Part shown: in pieces, positions 47,118-56,303 of the stretch
How positions within the stretch are numbered: position 1 is the first letter of the stretch
Layout: the number at the start of each line of letters is the position of its first letter
Origin: a virus
Length of the DNA stretch: 64,000 nucleotides
IMG/VR virus record: IMGVR_UViG_3300017917_002938
Location: 1-64,000 of that record
Reading direction: 5' to 3' (one strand)
The notes under the pieces: generated by a model
Databases searched by the model: none
What the model was told of the DNA's origin: nothing
Seen by the model: the letters and a program-made list of their open reading frames with translations, nothing else
Program-made: the position numbers and the translations under genes

Positions 47118-48014
47118 ATGGCTTTATCGGACTCTATAGGAAGAGCACTATCACAAACTAATCAGGTTGCTGGAGTAGTTAGCGGCCTTTCTCCTCTCCT
47201 ACCTCAATCAGTAAGAGATAGTTTAGGAGAACTATTCGGATTCAAGAAGAAACCAGCCTCGCCTAGAGGATTGAATCTGATGCTATCGAGATTAAACAAG
47301 CTCAACGGAGTATCTCGTCCTAGCTTGTTTTATGTTAAAATTAACCCGCCTCCTTTCTTAGCTCAGGTAGGAAAAGTAACTGAAGATCTTCAGTTCTTAA
47401 CCGAATCTTGCGCGTTGCCTGGCATATCGCTAGCTACTACAGATATAAGAAGATTCGGATATGGTCCAACGGAGAAGAAGCCGTACGCACCTATATTCAC
47501 AGATCAGACGATGACATTTTTAGGAGATGGTAGGGGAACAGTACACAAATTTTTTTACCAATGGCTTAACGGCATGGTAAAGTTCACTGGACCTACATCT
47601 GATACTTACTATTCAGGACCACCAGGTTTACCTACGTTTGAAGTAGAATACAAAACAAACTATCGAACCGATATTGAAATAGTTACGTATGATGAGCTGC
47701 ATAGACAGATTATTATTGTAAAGATGTACGAAGCATATCCTATCTTTATGGGTGATGTTGCTTTAAATTGGAATGATACAGATTCTATCATGAGAATACC
47801 TATTACCTTCTCGTACTTTAACTGGGAAAGAACTAACATCAGTATTGATTATACTGCAGGAGAAAAACCTACCGATAATAGTCTATCGCTGTTACAAAAA
47901 TTAAACAAAGTAGGAAATGCTATTCAAACACTTTCTACCATTCGTAAACCTCGTAATGTTGCTGATGTTATAAATGCTGTTAACAACAGTCAGATTGCTG
48001 TGGGTAAATTTTAA
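47118..48014 (+). CDS. gp54: Baseplate tail-tube initiator gp54 (gp19 fold)
   Basis: SRPSLFYV, ESCALPG, FFYQW, YEAYPI..VALNW, ITFSY..W. Synteny gp2-gp54-gp26. Confidence 0.75.
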   Translation: MALSDSIGRALSQTNQVAGVVSGLSPLLPQSVRDSLGELFGFKKKPASPRGLNLMLSRLNKLNGVSRPSLFYVKINPPPFLAQVGKVTEDLQFLTESCALPGISLATTDIRRFGYGPTEKKPYAPIFTDQTMTFLGDGRGTVHKFFYQWLNGMVKFTGPTSDTYYSGPPGLPTFEVEYKTNYRTDIEIVTYDELHRQIIIVKMYEAYPIFMGDVALNWNDTDSIMRIPITFSYFNWERTNISIDYTAGEKPTDNSLSLLQKLNKVGNAIQTLSTIRKPRNVADVINAVNNSQIAVGKF

Positions 48015-48028
48015 ATTAAGGAGTTATA

Positions 48029-48739
48029 ATGGCTTTACCAAAAATTGAATATCCAACCTTTGAATTGACACTTCCTTCGTCAAAACGAAAAATAAACTAT
48101 AGACCATTTCTAGTAAAAGAAGAAAAACTTTTACTGATGGCTCAATCCAGTGAAGACTCAAAAGAAATAGTAAACTCTATTCGACAAGTACTTAATAATT
48201 GTATTTTGACTGAAGGTATAGAAGTTGACTCTTTAACTACATTTGATCTGGAATATTTGTTTGTTAAAATTAGAGCTAAGTCAGTAAATAACATGATTAG
48301 TCTTACATACAGAGACATGGAAGATGATCAGCGATATACGGTTGAGGTTGATTTAGATCAGATTGAGATTATAGAAGATCCTGAACACAATAATGATATT
48401 AAGATAAACGAAACCACAGGTATCATTCTTAGACATCCAAAAGCAGATTTAAGTAACTTGTTAAAAGACACTCAGAATGAAATGGATGTATTCTTTGATA
48501 TTCTCAAATATTGTATTGAGACTGTATATCAAGGTAGTGAAAGATTTGACTTTCAAGATAATACTGAAGAAGAAAAGGATGAGTTTATTAGCTCATTAAA
48601 TGTAGAGTCATTTAAGCAAATACAAAAATATTTTTCTACCATGCCAAAACTTCACTATGAAGTGAAGTATACTAATAGTCAAGGAACTGAAAGAATAATT
48701 ACGCTGACCACTCTTAACGATTTTTTTTCGTTGGGCTGA
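48029..48739 (+). CDS. gp26: Baseplate hub assembly protein gp26
   Basis: MALPKIEYPTFELTLPS..I.YRPFLVKEEKLLLMA, FDLEYLFVKIRAKSV, TMPKL, C-terminal DFF. Confidence 0.92.
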   Translation: MALPKIEYPTFELTLPSSKRKINYRPFLVKEEKLLLMAQSSEDSKEIVNSIRQVLNNCILTEGIEVDSLTTFDLEYLFVKIRAKSVNNMISLTYRDMEDDQRYTVEVDLDQIEIIEDPEHNNDIKINETTGIILRHPKADLSNLLKDTQNEMDVFFDILKYCIETVYQGSERFDFQDNTEEEKDEFISSLNVESFKQIQKYFSTMPKLHYEVKYTNSQGTERIITLTTLNDFFSLG

Positions 48740-48918
48740 GCCATAACTCATTAGCAAATTATTACACGCTAGTGTTCAGCTTGGCCCAGCACCACAAGTG
48801 GTCAGTAACCGAGATTGAAAACATGATACCCTTTGAGCGCGATTTGTACGTTGATATGTTAAGGGATTACCTAGAACGAGAAGAAGAACGTATAAAGAAT
48901 AAGCAACGAAATGGGTAA
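48721..48918 (+). CDS. gp51: gp51-like hub assembly catalyst in the -1 frame of gp26, with no N-terminal ATG (absent from the ORF track)
   Basis: The frame reads FFFVGLSHNSLANYYTLVFSLAQHHKWSVTEIENMIPFERDLYVDMLRDYLEREEERIKNKQRNG*, containing the gp51 signature YY..F.L.QHH..S..E.ENM.P.ER..Y. Confidence 0.85.
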   Translation, partial: FFFVGLSHNSLANYYTLVFSLAQHHKWSVTEIENMIPFERDLYVDMLRDYLEREEERIKNKQRNG

Positions 48919-50287
48919 AGCAAGTAGAAAGAAAAAAGAAGCTAGAGCCTCTAAAGCCTTAGCCAAAGCTAGTCCTGAAGTACAAGCGGCAGCAGAAGAA
49001 GCTGCCGAAGCTGCTTCCGGGGCTATCGATATGGGTGGTGGTCTATCAACCCAAGAAGGAAAAGTTGCTGATCAATTAAACGGATATTCACTTGAAATAA
49101 AAGCTACTCTTACTTCTATGGAAGAGACGCTAAACATTATAAGAGAATACTCCCGTCCAACAATAACAGAAGAAGTTGTGCCAGAACAAAAATCTCTGTA
49201 TTCACAAATAGGTGAAACAACCGGCAATGTTAAAAAAGCAGGATTAGATGTTGCTAAATTTGCTTTACTTTTTCCTTTACTAGTATCAGAAGAAGTAAGA
49301 AAAAAAGTATTAGCTATGTGGGAAGGTTTTCTAGAAGGATTAGGTCTAGGAAAAGAAAAAATAGAACTGTTTACAAAAATAATTAAAGTAGTAGGTGGTT
49401 TGCTAGTTTTATATTGGGGCGCTAAAACTATTAAGCGAGTATTCGATGCTTTTAATAGTATGTACAAGTTAGCACAACTTATGACTGTAGCTGCATTAAT
49501 TACTGATTCAAAAGAAGTAAAAATTGAAAAAGAAAGACAATCGGCAGAAAAAGGTAAAAAAGATCTAAGAAGACAACGAGCAAAGGTTAGATTAGAAAAA
49601 AGAAAAGCTGGTAGACTGAAAGGTCTTAAAAGACTAGCCAAAGTTATAGCTGGAATAGGTCCTTTAATTGGTAAACGTGTCATAGCTGCAATACCGTTTA
49701 TAGGTACAGTGGCCTCAGTAGCGTTTTTAGTAGCCGAACTTGGTGAAGAAGCTTTCAGTGCTATGGATGAGGCAGAAGAGGAAGAAATAACAAAACTTGT
49801 TCCTTTATCTGCTGAAGAAAAGCAACTTCTAAAAGATGAAGGCTATACGGACGAACAGATTAAAGAAATGGAAGACGAGGTAGCTGCTAATAGAGCAAGA
49901 TATGATAAAGATCTAGCTACTTTGAGAAGAAACAAAGAAGAATATGAGGAAAGATTACGAAACGGTCTAGTATCACCCGATGAAATGATGGGTGGTAGTA
50001 ATTATGATGTACAGATAGAAGTTTTAGAAAGCAGGTTGAGAGAGGCTGATAAACGTGCCGCAGAGGCTAGCTTTAATCCTACTTTCGAACTAGAAAGCCC
50101 TGACACGGACAGAGCAATAGTACCAGAACCTGTCTCTGGGGTATCTATTGAATCGGTACCATCGGCTGATAGTAGTTCAGTTAGAGAAAAGAGTGAGTTG
50201 TCGGTAGCAGATAGAAGAGATGTAGCGCTTGGTGATACTAATATTCTAAACGTATTTAACAATAACACTATTTTAGTGGCAGAATAA
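48911..50287 (+). CDS. Tape-measure-like helical protein 1 (gp29 position)
   Basis: Helical and charged with hydrophobic segments (AIPFIGTVASVAFLV). Directly follows gp26/gp51. Confidence 0.6.
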   Translation: MGKASRKKKEARASKALAKASPEVQAAAEEAAEAASGAIDMGGGLSTQEGKVADQLNGYSLEIKATLTSMEETLNIIREYSRPTITEEVVPEQKSLYSQIGETTGNVKKAGLDVAKFALLFPLLVSEEVRKKVLAMWEGFLEGLGLGKEKIELFTKIIKVVGGLLVLYWGAKTIKRVFDAFNSMYKLAQLMTVAALITDSKEVKIEKERQSAEKGKKDLRRQRAKVRLEKRKAGRLKGLKRLAKVIAGIGPLIGKRVIAAIPFIGTVASVAFLVAELGEEAFSAMDEAEEEEITKLVPLSAEEKQLLKDEGYTDEQIKEMEDEVAANRARYDKDLATLRRNKEEYEERLRNGLVSPDEMMGGSNYDVQIEVLESRLREADKRAAEASFNPTFELESPDTDRAIVPEPVSGVSIESVPSADSSSVREKSELSVADRRDVALGDTNILNVFNNNTILVAE

Positions 50288-50288
50288 A

Positions 50289-52004
50289 ATGATAGTAGAA
50301 AACGTTAACGTAAAAAGAGAAGACGCTCCTGCGTACGTAAAGCAGTTGTCAGAAGCTACTGCCTTGAAACAGATTAAAATGTTTCTTCCTAAGTTTGTTC
50401 AAAGCTCAGAAGATAGAATAAAAAAACTAGAAAATGCAACTAATAAGACGGCTTTAAGTAAAAAAGGAGTTGAATCGCTAGCTAGTATTTCTAGTACAAT
50501 GAGTGAGATTTCTCAAACTCTTAAATCAATGTCGGGTGTGATAGGTAATGTTGCTAACGAACTTAAACCAGATATAAAAGAAAAGTACGACGTAGAAGAA
50601 GCTAAGCTGGAAGAAAAAGCAGGTATATCAACAACAGCCACAACAAAAGAAGGTGAAAGAGAAGTAGGATTTTTTGATGCGTTAAAATCTCTATTCACTA
50701 ATCCCGCTGTACTAGCGGCGGTAGCGGGTATCGTGTATGCTATTCTTCCAAAGAGTATACAAGATAAAATTAAAGCAGCGTTAGGTGGGTTCATAGAAGG
50801 TATCGAAATGAACACCGGTCCGCTGAGTGAAATGTCTACTGGATTAAAAATTGCAGGTGCTGCTATTGCAACATATTTTGCCGCTTCAATAGTTCAAAAA
50901 GTAGCTGATGCAGTCATAATGATGATTAACGTTGTTAAGGCGATGAAATCTGGTATTGGTAGACTTAAAAAGCTACCAGGTGTAGCTAAGTTTGCTTTAG
51001 GAGTAGCTGCGGGCGTGGGTACTGCTCTTGTGTTGAAAGATCTTTTAGATGAAGAGCCTGAAGAAGAAAAACCTAGTGCAGAGCCGGAAGCACCGAGACC
51101 TTCTAGAGATGGAAAGCCTGAAAGCAAACCTCAAGATAAAGCTTTACCTCCTGCAGGTGAATCAAAACGAGAAAAAGATAGTAAGTCGTCCTCTACTAAA
51201 AAAGGTTCAGTAAATGAAGTTATAGTAGAGAAGAGAGACGGTACTAGTAAGAAGTCTAGATCAGAAGGACCTCCTGGCTCCCTTGCTGCTATCAGAGAAA
51301 TGATTGCAGATGCTGAGAGCGGCGGAGACTATAATATAATGGTGGGTGATAGACCAGGAGGTAAACGTCTTCCATTAACAGATATGACTATAGCTGAAAT
51401 TCTTGCCTTACAAAGTAGAATGATAGCTAGTGGACGTGAATCTACCGCTGTAGGTAAGTATCAAATTATAAGAGGAACTTTAAAAGAACTAGTTGCAAAA
51501 ATGGGTATAGACTTAAATACTAAGTTTAATGAGTCAACCCAAGATACATTAGCTAATCATCTTATTAAAGGAAATGGATACGAGGATTACAAGTCCGGTA
51601 AAATTCCTGCAGAAAAATTTCTAAGAAGACTTGCGCAAACGTTTGCAGGTATTCCTACAAGTAAAGCAGGACTAAGCGCTCACCAGGGTAAAGGTTCTAA
51701 TAAAGCAACTATAACTTACGAAAGAGCTATGTCCGCTCTACGAGTTGCGCAGCTAGAATTAAATGATTCACCTTCAGTTGCAAGCGGTGCGAGTTCCGGT
51801 TCTACTATACTTGCATCTTCAGAGCGCGTAAATACTCCACAACAGAGTAGTAGCAAAGTTAATGTAACCAGCGCGACAACTAATAATGCTGACACCTTTA
51901 AGACGAAAAAAACGGAGAAGGTATCGATACCTTCTCCGTTAGCTGATAGAGGCTCTCTATATGCTGGATCAAAATTTAATCCAGTAGTAGATATGCCTGT
52001 TTAA
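50289..52004 (+). CDS. Tape-measure-like protein 2 with a lysozyme-like (lytic) domain
   Basis: Hydrophobic helices, then IADAESGGDYN..TDMTIAEI..STAVGKYQIIRGTL..FNESTQD, a phage muramidase-like motif. Confidence 0.7.
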   Translation: MIVENVNVKREDAPAYVKQLSEATALKQIKMFLPKFVQSSEDRIKKLENATNKTALSKKGVESLASISSTMSEISQTLKSMSGVIGNVANELKPDIKEKYDVEEAKLEEKAGISTTATTKEGEREVGFFDALKSLFTNPAVLAAVAGIVYAILPKSIQDKIKAALGGFIEGIEMNTGPLSEMSTGLKIAGAAIATYFAASIVQKVADAVIMMINVVKAMKSGIGRLKKLPGVAKFALGVAAGVGTALVLKDLLDEEPEEEKPSAEPEAPRPSRDGKPESKPQDKALPPAGESKREKDSKSSSTKKGSVNEVIVEKRDGTSKKSRSEGPPGSLAAIREMIADAESGGDYNIMVGDRPGGKRLPLTDMTIAEILALQSRMIASGRESTAVGKYQIIRGTLKELVAKMGIDLNTKFNESTQDTLANHLIKGNGYEDYKSGKIPAEKFLRRLAQTFAGIPTSKAGLSAHQGKGSNKATITYERAMSALRVAQLELNDSPSVASGASSGSTILASSERVNTPQQSSSKVNVTSATTNNADTFKTKKTEKVSIPSPLADRGSLYAGSKFNPVVDMPV

Positions 52005-52927
52005 TCTTCTTTAGCTAAGTTCTTAAAGTAATTAAGAACATCGTCTGATTCCTCTCCATCCCCATCAACGGTTACCGGTGCAGGTTTTGCCTGCAAAGTC
52101 CTTTGAGGTTTAGAATCTTGTCTAGGCAACTCATCATCCTCGTCACTATCAATAGCACGAGTCTGAGGACGGTTAGTTTGACCACCGAGCCCTAAAACCT
52201 TGTTAAGCTTGGTCTTAAGCTCGTCATAAGACTTAAAGTTAGATGGTTCGAGGAATGTTTGAAGCTTATGCTCGGACTTCCAAACTTTTTCAAGTTTTTC
52301 GTCATCATCAAACAATGGACCTGCTTTATCAAACTCTGACTTATCGTAATTGCGATAACCTTCATAATTACGAATCTTTAGTTTGAAGTCTGCGCCTTCC
52401 CAAAGGTCAAACGGGTTCATAGGTTGCTCGTCTTCGAACTCTGGGTTCATTGCTGCATTCAGCTTCTCAAAGATCTTCTTACCATATTTGAATAAGAGTA
52501 CTTTACCTTCGTTCTCTGGATGCGCAGTATCTTTTACTACGTAGATATTAGAGATGAATGAGAGGCGACGTTTTTGCTTACGAACAATCTCCTTGTTTGC
52601 CTCGATACCAGAATCCCATAACTGCTTATTATACTCAGATACTGGGTCGTCTTGGCCAAGAGTGGTCAAAGACTTTTCAATATACCATCCACCAGGTCCT
52701 TGGAATCCATGATCCCAAATACGAATGAACGGAGTATCTTCCCCTGCAGGTGCGGGAAGGAAGCGAATAACAGCATAGCCGTTACCTGCTTTATCTACTT
52801 CCGGTTTCCAGAAGCGATCATCATCCGATTGACCTTGTTGTGGGGATTGAAGTTTGGTGACTTCGGTGGCGAGCTTTTCAAGCTGCGATTGACGGGATTT
52901 CTTAAGAGCTGCGAAATCGATTGACAT
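52001..52927 (-). CDS. gp32: Single-stranded DNA-binding protein gp32
   Basis: DDRFWKPEVDKAGNGYAVIRFLPAP, HGFQGPGGWYIE, FKYGKKIF, GADFKLKI, NYDKSEF, acidic tail. Confidence 0.97.
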   Translation of the reverse strand: MSIDFAALKKSRQSQLEKLATEVTKLQSPQQGQSDDDRFWKPEVDKAGNGYAVIRFLPAPAGEDTPFIRIWDHGFQGPGGWYIEKSLTTLGQDDPVSEYNKQLWDSGIEANKEIVRKQKRRLSFISNIYVVKDTAHPENEGKVLLFKYGKKIFEKLNAAMNPEFEDEQPMNPFDLWEGADFKLKIRNYEGYRNYDKSEFDKAGPLFDDDEKLEKVWKSEHKLQTFLEPSNFKSYDELKTKLNKVLGLGGQTNRPQTRAIDSDEDDELPRQDSKPQRTLQAKPAPVTVDGDGEESDDVLNYFKNLAKED

Positions 52928-53007
52928 ATTTTTTCTCCTTGTATATGCGATGTATTAACGTATGCGATTTATCCACTTTATCATGATATATGATTATTTA
53001 TTATAAC

Positions 53008-53721
53008 TTAAACCCCATGATTAATCAACTGTTCGTGATTAATAATTGATCTCTCAACCATGTCACGTACATATGGTTCTCTTAAGTCAAAATAAACCAT
53101 CAGCGTCGATCTTACTTCATTACTTCTATTGTAAACGTTGTGATGATCGAACGAATTGAAGTAGTAAGCTTTCCCTGCAGGTAACTTACCACACTTCAAA
53201 CTTTTAAACCAATTTGGTTTGTAAAATCTCTTGTACCACTTAAACTCATTACTATCAATGACACAATAATCAAATTCTTCTGGCATGTAGATAGGAATCT
53301 GAACAGTAATAATGTATGGAGGTTGACCGTGTTCAATTACATGACTATGCCATAACAAAGAACGTTTTGGATCAATTCTCATGTACCTTACACGTGTACG
53401 AACTTCACCACCGTTCATCTCACGCATCAGTGACATAGTGTACGGGCATAACTTAGCTGCTTCAGTAGGTTTAAATTGTTCTATTGTACGAACAATATCA
53501 CCTTCGTGTAGATCTGTATATAATCCCCCATCGGTACTGATAAGACCAATACCTGACCAACTTTTAGAATAATAATTTCGTACTAATTTATATTTGGTTT
53601 CATAACGATGAAATTCATATGCAGCAGATACAGCGTCGTATTCCTTACGCAAGAGGTCGATATCAATATGATGGTCTAACTCAAGCCACGGTAGCTCTCT
53701 CAGCTTCTCTATTACATCCAT
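53008..53721 (-). CDS. Aspartyl/asparaginyl beta-hydroxylase-like double-stranded beta-helix oxygenase
   Basis: RVRYMRIDPKRSLLWHSH...QIPI...GKAYYFNSFDHHNVYNRSNEVRSTL. The metal motif is HxH rather than HxD. Confidence 0.65.
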   Translation of the reverse strand: MDVIEKLRELPWLELDHHIDIDLLRKEYDAVSAAYEFHRYETKYKLVRNYYSKSWSGIGLISTDGGLYTDLHEGDIVRTIEQFKPTEAAKLCPYTMSLMREMNGGEVRTRVRYMRIDPKRSLLWHSHVIEHGQPPYIITVQIPIYMPEEFDYCVIDSNEFKWYKRFYKPNWFKSLKCGKLPAGKAYYFNSFDHHNVYNRSNEVRSTLMVYFDLREPYVRDMVERSIINHEQLINHGV

Positions 53722-53726
53722 TCCTA

Positions 53727-54320
53727 TTACTCATTATCACTGAACTTGTTAAGAACAATTTGTTTCATCTTCTGCCTATCATACTGAAAGAATGGTCGGT
53801 ACTTCTTACATTTAAGATGTACTTGTGGCCAGATGATAGGCTCTTCTATTCTACGCGACCATACTTTAAAAAATCCAGCCAAGTCATCTAGTATGATAAG
53901 TGTTTCAATCCTTATTTCATTACGAAGATACTTTCGTAGAGCAGGCGGATGTTGACCGTCAGTTACAATAAAATTACTATTAAAATCCGAATCTAGATTG
54001 TTAAGGTCTTCTGTAAAGATATAGGAGAGGGACTCCCTTACCTTCATCATCTCACGATAACGTTTATCTGCTTCTTGATTATTAACTAAATTTCCTACCC
54101 AGTCATCTCCACTGTATACGAAATTAGCAACTAGGTAGTCCAATACAGATTTTTGTTTTGAAAGTTTATGGAAAAAGTATTTGTCGGTTCTTTTTTCAAA
54201 TGTACTTTTACTTGCACGTACTGCTCCATTATACTTGAAGTAGTCATAATATTTTGTATAAAAGTGGCTCTTGAGAGCACAGTACATTTTATACGCGTCA
54301 AATGCGTCCATTTTTACCAA
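53727..54320 (-). CDS. gp59: Helicase loader gp59 (start may be the ATG at 54311)
   Basis: Y.ALKSHF..YDYFKYNG..FEKRTDKYFFHKL, GQHP, ETLIILD, KYRPF. Confidence 0.9.
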   Translation of the reverse strand: MVKMDAFDAYKMYCALKSHFYTKYYDYFKYNGAVRASKSTFEKRTDKYFFHKLSKQKSVLDYLVANFVYSGDDWVGNLVNNQEADKRYREMMKVRESLSYIFTEDLNNLDSDFNSNFIVTDGQHPPALRKYLRNEIRIETLIILDDLAGFFKVWSRRIEEPIIWPQVHLKCKKYRPFFQYDRQKMKQIVLNKFSDNE

Positions 54321-54925
54321 AGCTTATATGTCACCTGAAATGAGGAATTTCTTCCGTACGTTTTGATACTCTTGTTAGTATAATCAATGAAGCCATGTTT
54401 AGCAAACAACTTGTCCCACCATGGTTTCTCTTCTAATGTATGATGATAGCCTTCGTCTTGAAAGGTAGCAATGGATGCAAGAAATAATCCTCCAGGTTTA
54501 AGATTAGATTTAATACCTTCTATAACCTTATCAAGATCTTCTGCTTTGATATGTTCCATAACATCATAAGCTGATATTACATCAAATTGAAATTTAGATC
54601 CACTCTCGTCTTCAAAATACCAAGGTTTTGTAACATCAGCAGTAAAAAGATTATCAGGAATAGTAGCCCACTCTGCACGTTTGTTCTTTAGAGGATGGTC
54701 ACTGCCCTCTACCCCTACTGCAATTTGACCTTGTTCAAGAAACTGAGCTACAAAACCTCCTCCGGAGCATCCGATATCACAATAGGACACTTTACCATTG
54801 AACAATTCAATAACTTCCTTGACGTATGTTTCATTTTTTGTATTGTCGTTAGCAGCACCTTTTGGTTCTATATGGTCCTGACTTTCATATGCAACGGGAT
54901 GATTAGTAACAATGTTTAACCTCAA
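54314..54925 (-). CDS. Class I SAM-dependent methyltransferase
   Basis: DIGCSGGGFV, FDVISAYDVMEHI, LKPGGLF. Confidence 0.88.
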   Translation of the reverse strand: MRLNIVTNHPVAYESQDHIEPKGAANDNTKNETYVKEVIELFNGKVSYCDIGCSGGGFVAQFLEQGQIAVGVEGSDHPLKNKRAEWATIPDNLFTADVTKPWYFEDESGSKFQFDVISAYDVMEHIKAEDLDKVIEGIKSNLKPGGLFLASIATFQDEGYHHTLEEKPWWDKLFAKHGFIDYTNKSIKTYGRNSSFQVTYKLW

Positions 54926-54934
54926 TTTTATCTC

Positions 54935-55171
54935 CTAGATTGGTAGCTTACGTGACTTTGGAAGGTAGTTATTTTCCTCAGCCTCGTTTTGTATTTTCGC
55001 TTTCATTTTTGCGCTTCCTTTGATCAAGGAAGCTGCGGTTTCAATTTCAATATCGTTTTGTTGACAGTACATTATTACTGCGTCGATGTACTCCATTTTC
55101 TTCTCAGCAACCAGCTTCTCTATCTCTTGCATAAACGTGGTTGGGGATCTTTCAAAATTAACTACGTCCAT
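54935..55171 (-). CDS. gp33: Late transcription coactivator gp33
   Basis: EIEKLV..MEYIDAVIMYC..NDIEIE..KI..EA..NYL..KLPI. Confidence 0.88.
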   Translation of the reverse strand: MDVVNFERSPTTFMQEIEKLVAEKKMEYIDAVIMYCQQNDIEIETAASLIKGSAKMKAKIQNEAEENNYLPKSRKLPI

Positions 55172-55509
55172 TATTTAAACACAATCATAGCAAGAAGTAT
55201 AGCATGAGTGATGAACCCTCCGCCAATCGTAACGATGTTAAGGATGTCTTTGTTGATCAGAGCTTTGATGAAGAACAAGAACAACCCTCCCCATAAGAAG
55301 AAAACAACATCCAATGACGGCATGTTATCGCTATACCCTACTAACAATGCCAGGACGGAAGGAATGGTAGCGCAGTGTAGCATGACATACCCTAACCATT
55401 CTACAAACTTAGCTGATAAATGGCTTAGACTATAATTTATAACACGGGACGCCCATTCTACAAAGCTTTCCATCTTAGCAGCGAGCGGTGTAATGTTTTC
55501 AAGTGCCAT
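55171..55509 (-). CDS. Small integral membrane protein (about 3 TM)
   Basis: Three hydrophobic segments. Coupled to the cell-wall hydrolase gene. Confidence 0.75.
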   Translation of the reverse strand: MALENITPLAAKMESFVEWASRVINYSLSHLSAKFVEWLGYVMLHCATIPSVLALLVGYSDNMPSLDVVFFLWGGLFLFFIKALINKDILNIVTIGGGFITHAILLAMIVFK

Positions 55510-56083
55510 CGTTTCTACCCTTATAAAAAATATGTGTTCCTATCTTACCAATCTTTTCTAGATTCCATTTCGGATTTACATAATCAGCATGATAGTACAA
55601 CGCTTCTTTTAAACCGTCAATGCGGAAGTTTTCCAATAAAACTTTTTTAGCTACTTCCTGACTCTCGTTATACAGGACAGGGTGGACAATTTTCTTTTTA
55701 TGACTCTGCTCACAGAACCAAGAAAATTGACATACTACCTTGTCATATATTACATTTTTTTGATATACTACAGCACAAACATTGCTAGGGAACTTGCCTG
55801 AGTTAACTCTATTCAAAGTAACTTGAGCTACCGCAACCTTGCCTTCGAATGGCTCTGTTGCTGCCTCCCAATAAATGTTCTTGGTTAGACAGTCTAGTTG
55901 CTTTGTTGTCTCGCTAGCAGTAACACCAATAGGCATTCTAGCTGTATTGTAGTAAGATTGAACCTTAGTATCGTACGCATACTTAATTACCTTCAATGCA
56001 AAAAAGGCTCCTAGTATGATCGCTATCGATAGTAAAATGTTAGAGATTGTTCTATGTTTGAACAATACTATACCCTTAAACAT
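55499..56083 (-). CDS. SleB-like cell wall hydrolase (Hydrolase_2) with N-terminal TM anchor
   Basis: CLTKNIYWEA..EP..GKVAVAQVTLNRV..FP..VC.VVYQ..CQFSW, ALYYHADYVNPKW..IGTHIFY. Confidence 0.92.
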   Translation of the reverse strand: MFKGIVLFKHRTISNILLSIAIILGAFFALKVIKYAYDTKVQSYYNTARMPIGVTASETTKQLDCLTKNIYWEAATEPFEGKVAVAQVTLNRVNSGKFPSNVCAVVYQKNVIYDKVVCQFSWFCEQSHKKKIVHPVLYNESQEVAKKVLLENFRIDGLKEALYYHADYVNPKWNLEKIGKIGTHIFYKGRNDGT

Positions 56084-56130
56084 AAGTCCTCCTTATATGG
56101 GTAAATTATAACTACTTTGTGTTATTAAAT

Positions 56131-56229
56131 CTAGCGGTACGTTGGTAGATTTGACAAGTAGTTAATCATCATAGGAGCGGCGAAGTGTGCCATTAGCATC
56201 CAGATGACGATAAAAGCGAAGGGATCCAT
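56131..56229 (-). CDS. 32-aa hydrophobic peptide (below the ORF-track cutoff)
   Basis: AGGAGGA SD, then MDPFAFIVIWMLMAHFAAPMMINYLSNLPTYR*. Confidence 0.55.
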   Translation of the reverse strand: MDPFAFIVIWMLMAHFAAPMMINYLSNLPTYR

Positions 56230-56303
56230 AGTCCTCCTGTTAATGTCGTGCGACATGGTAGAAGTATATATGGATCCCGAGAAGAGGAGTTAACCTCTAT
56301 TGA

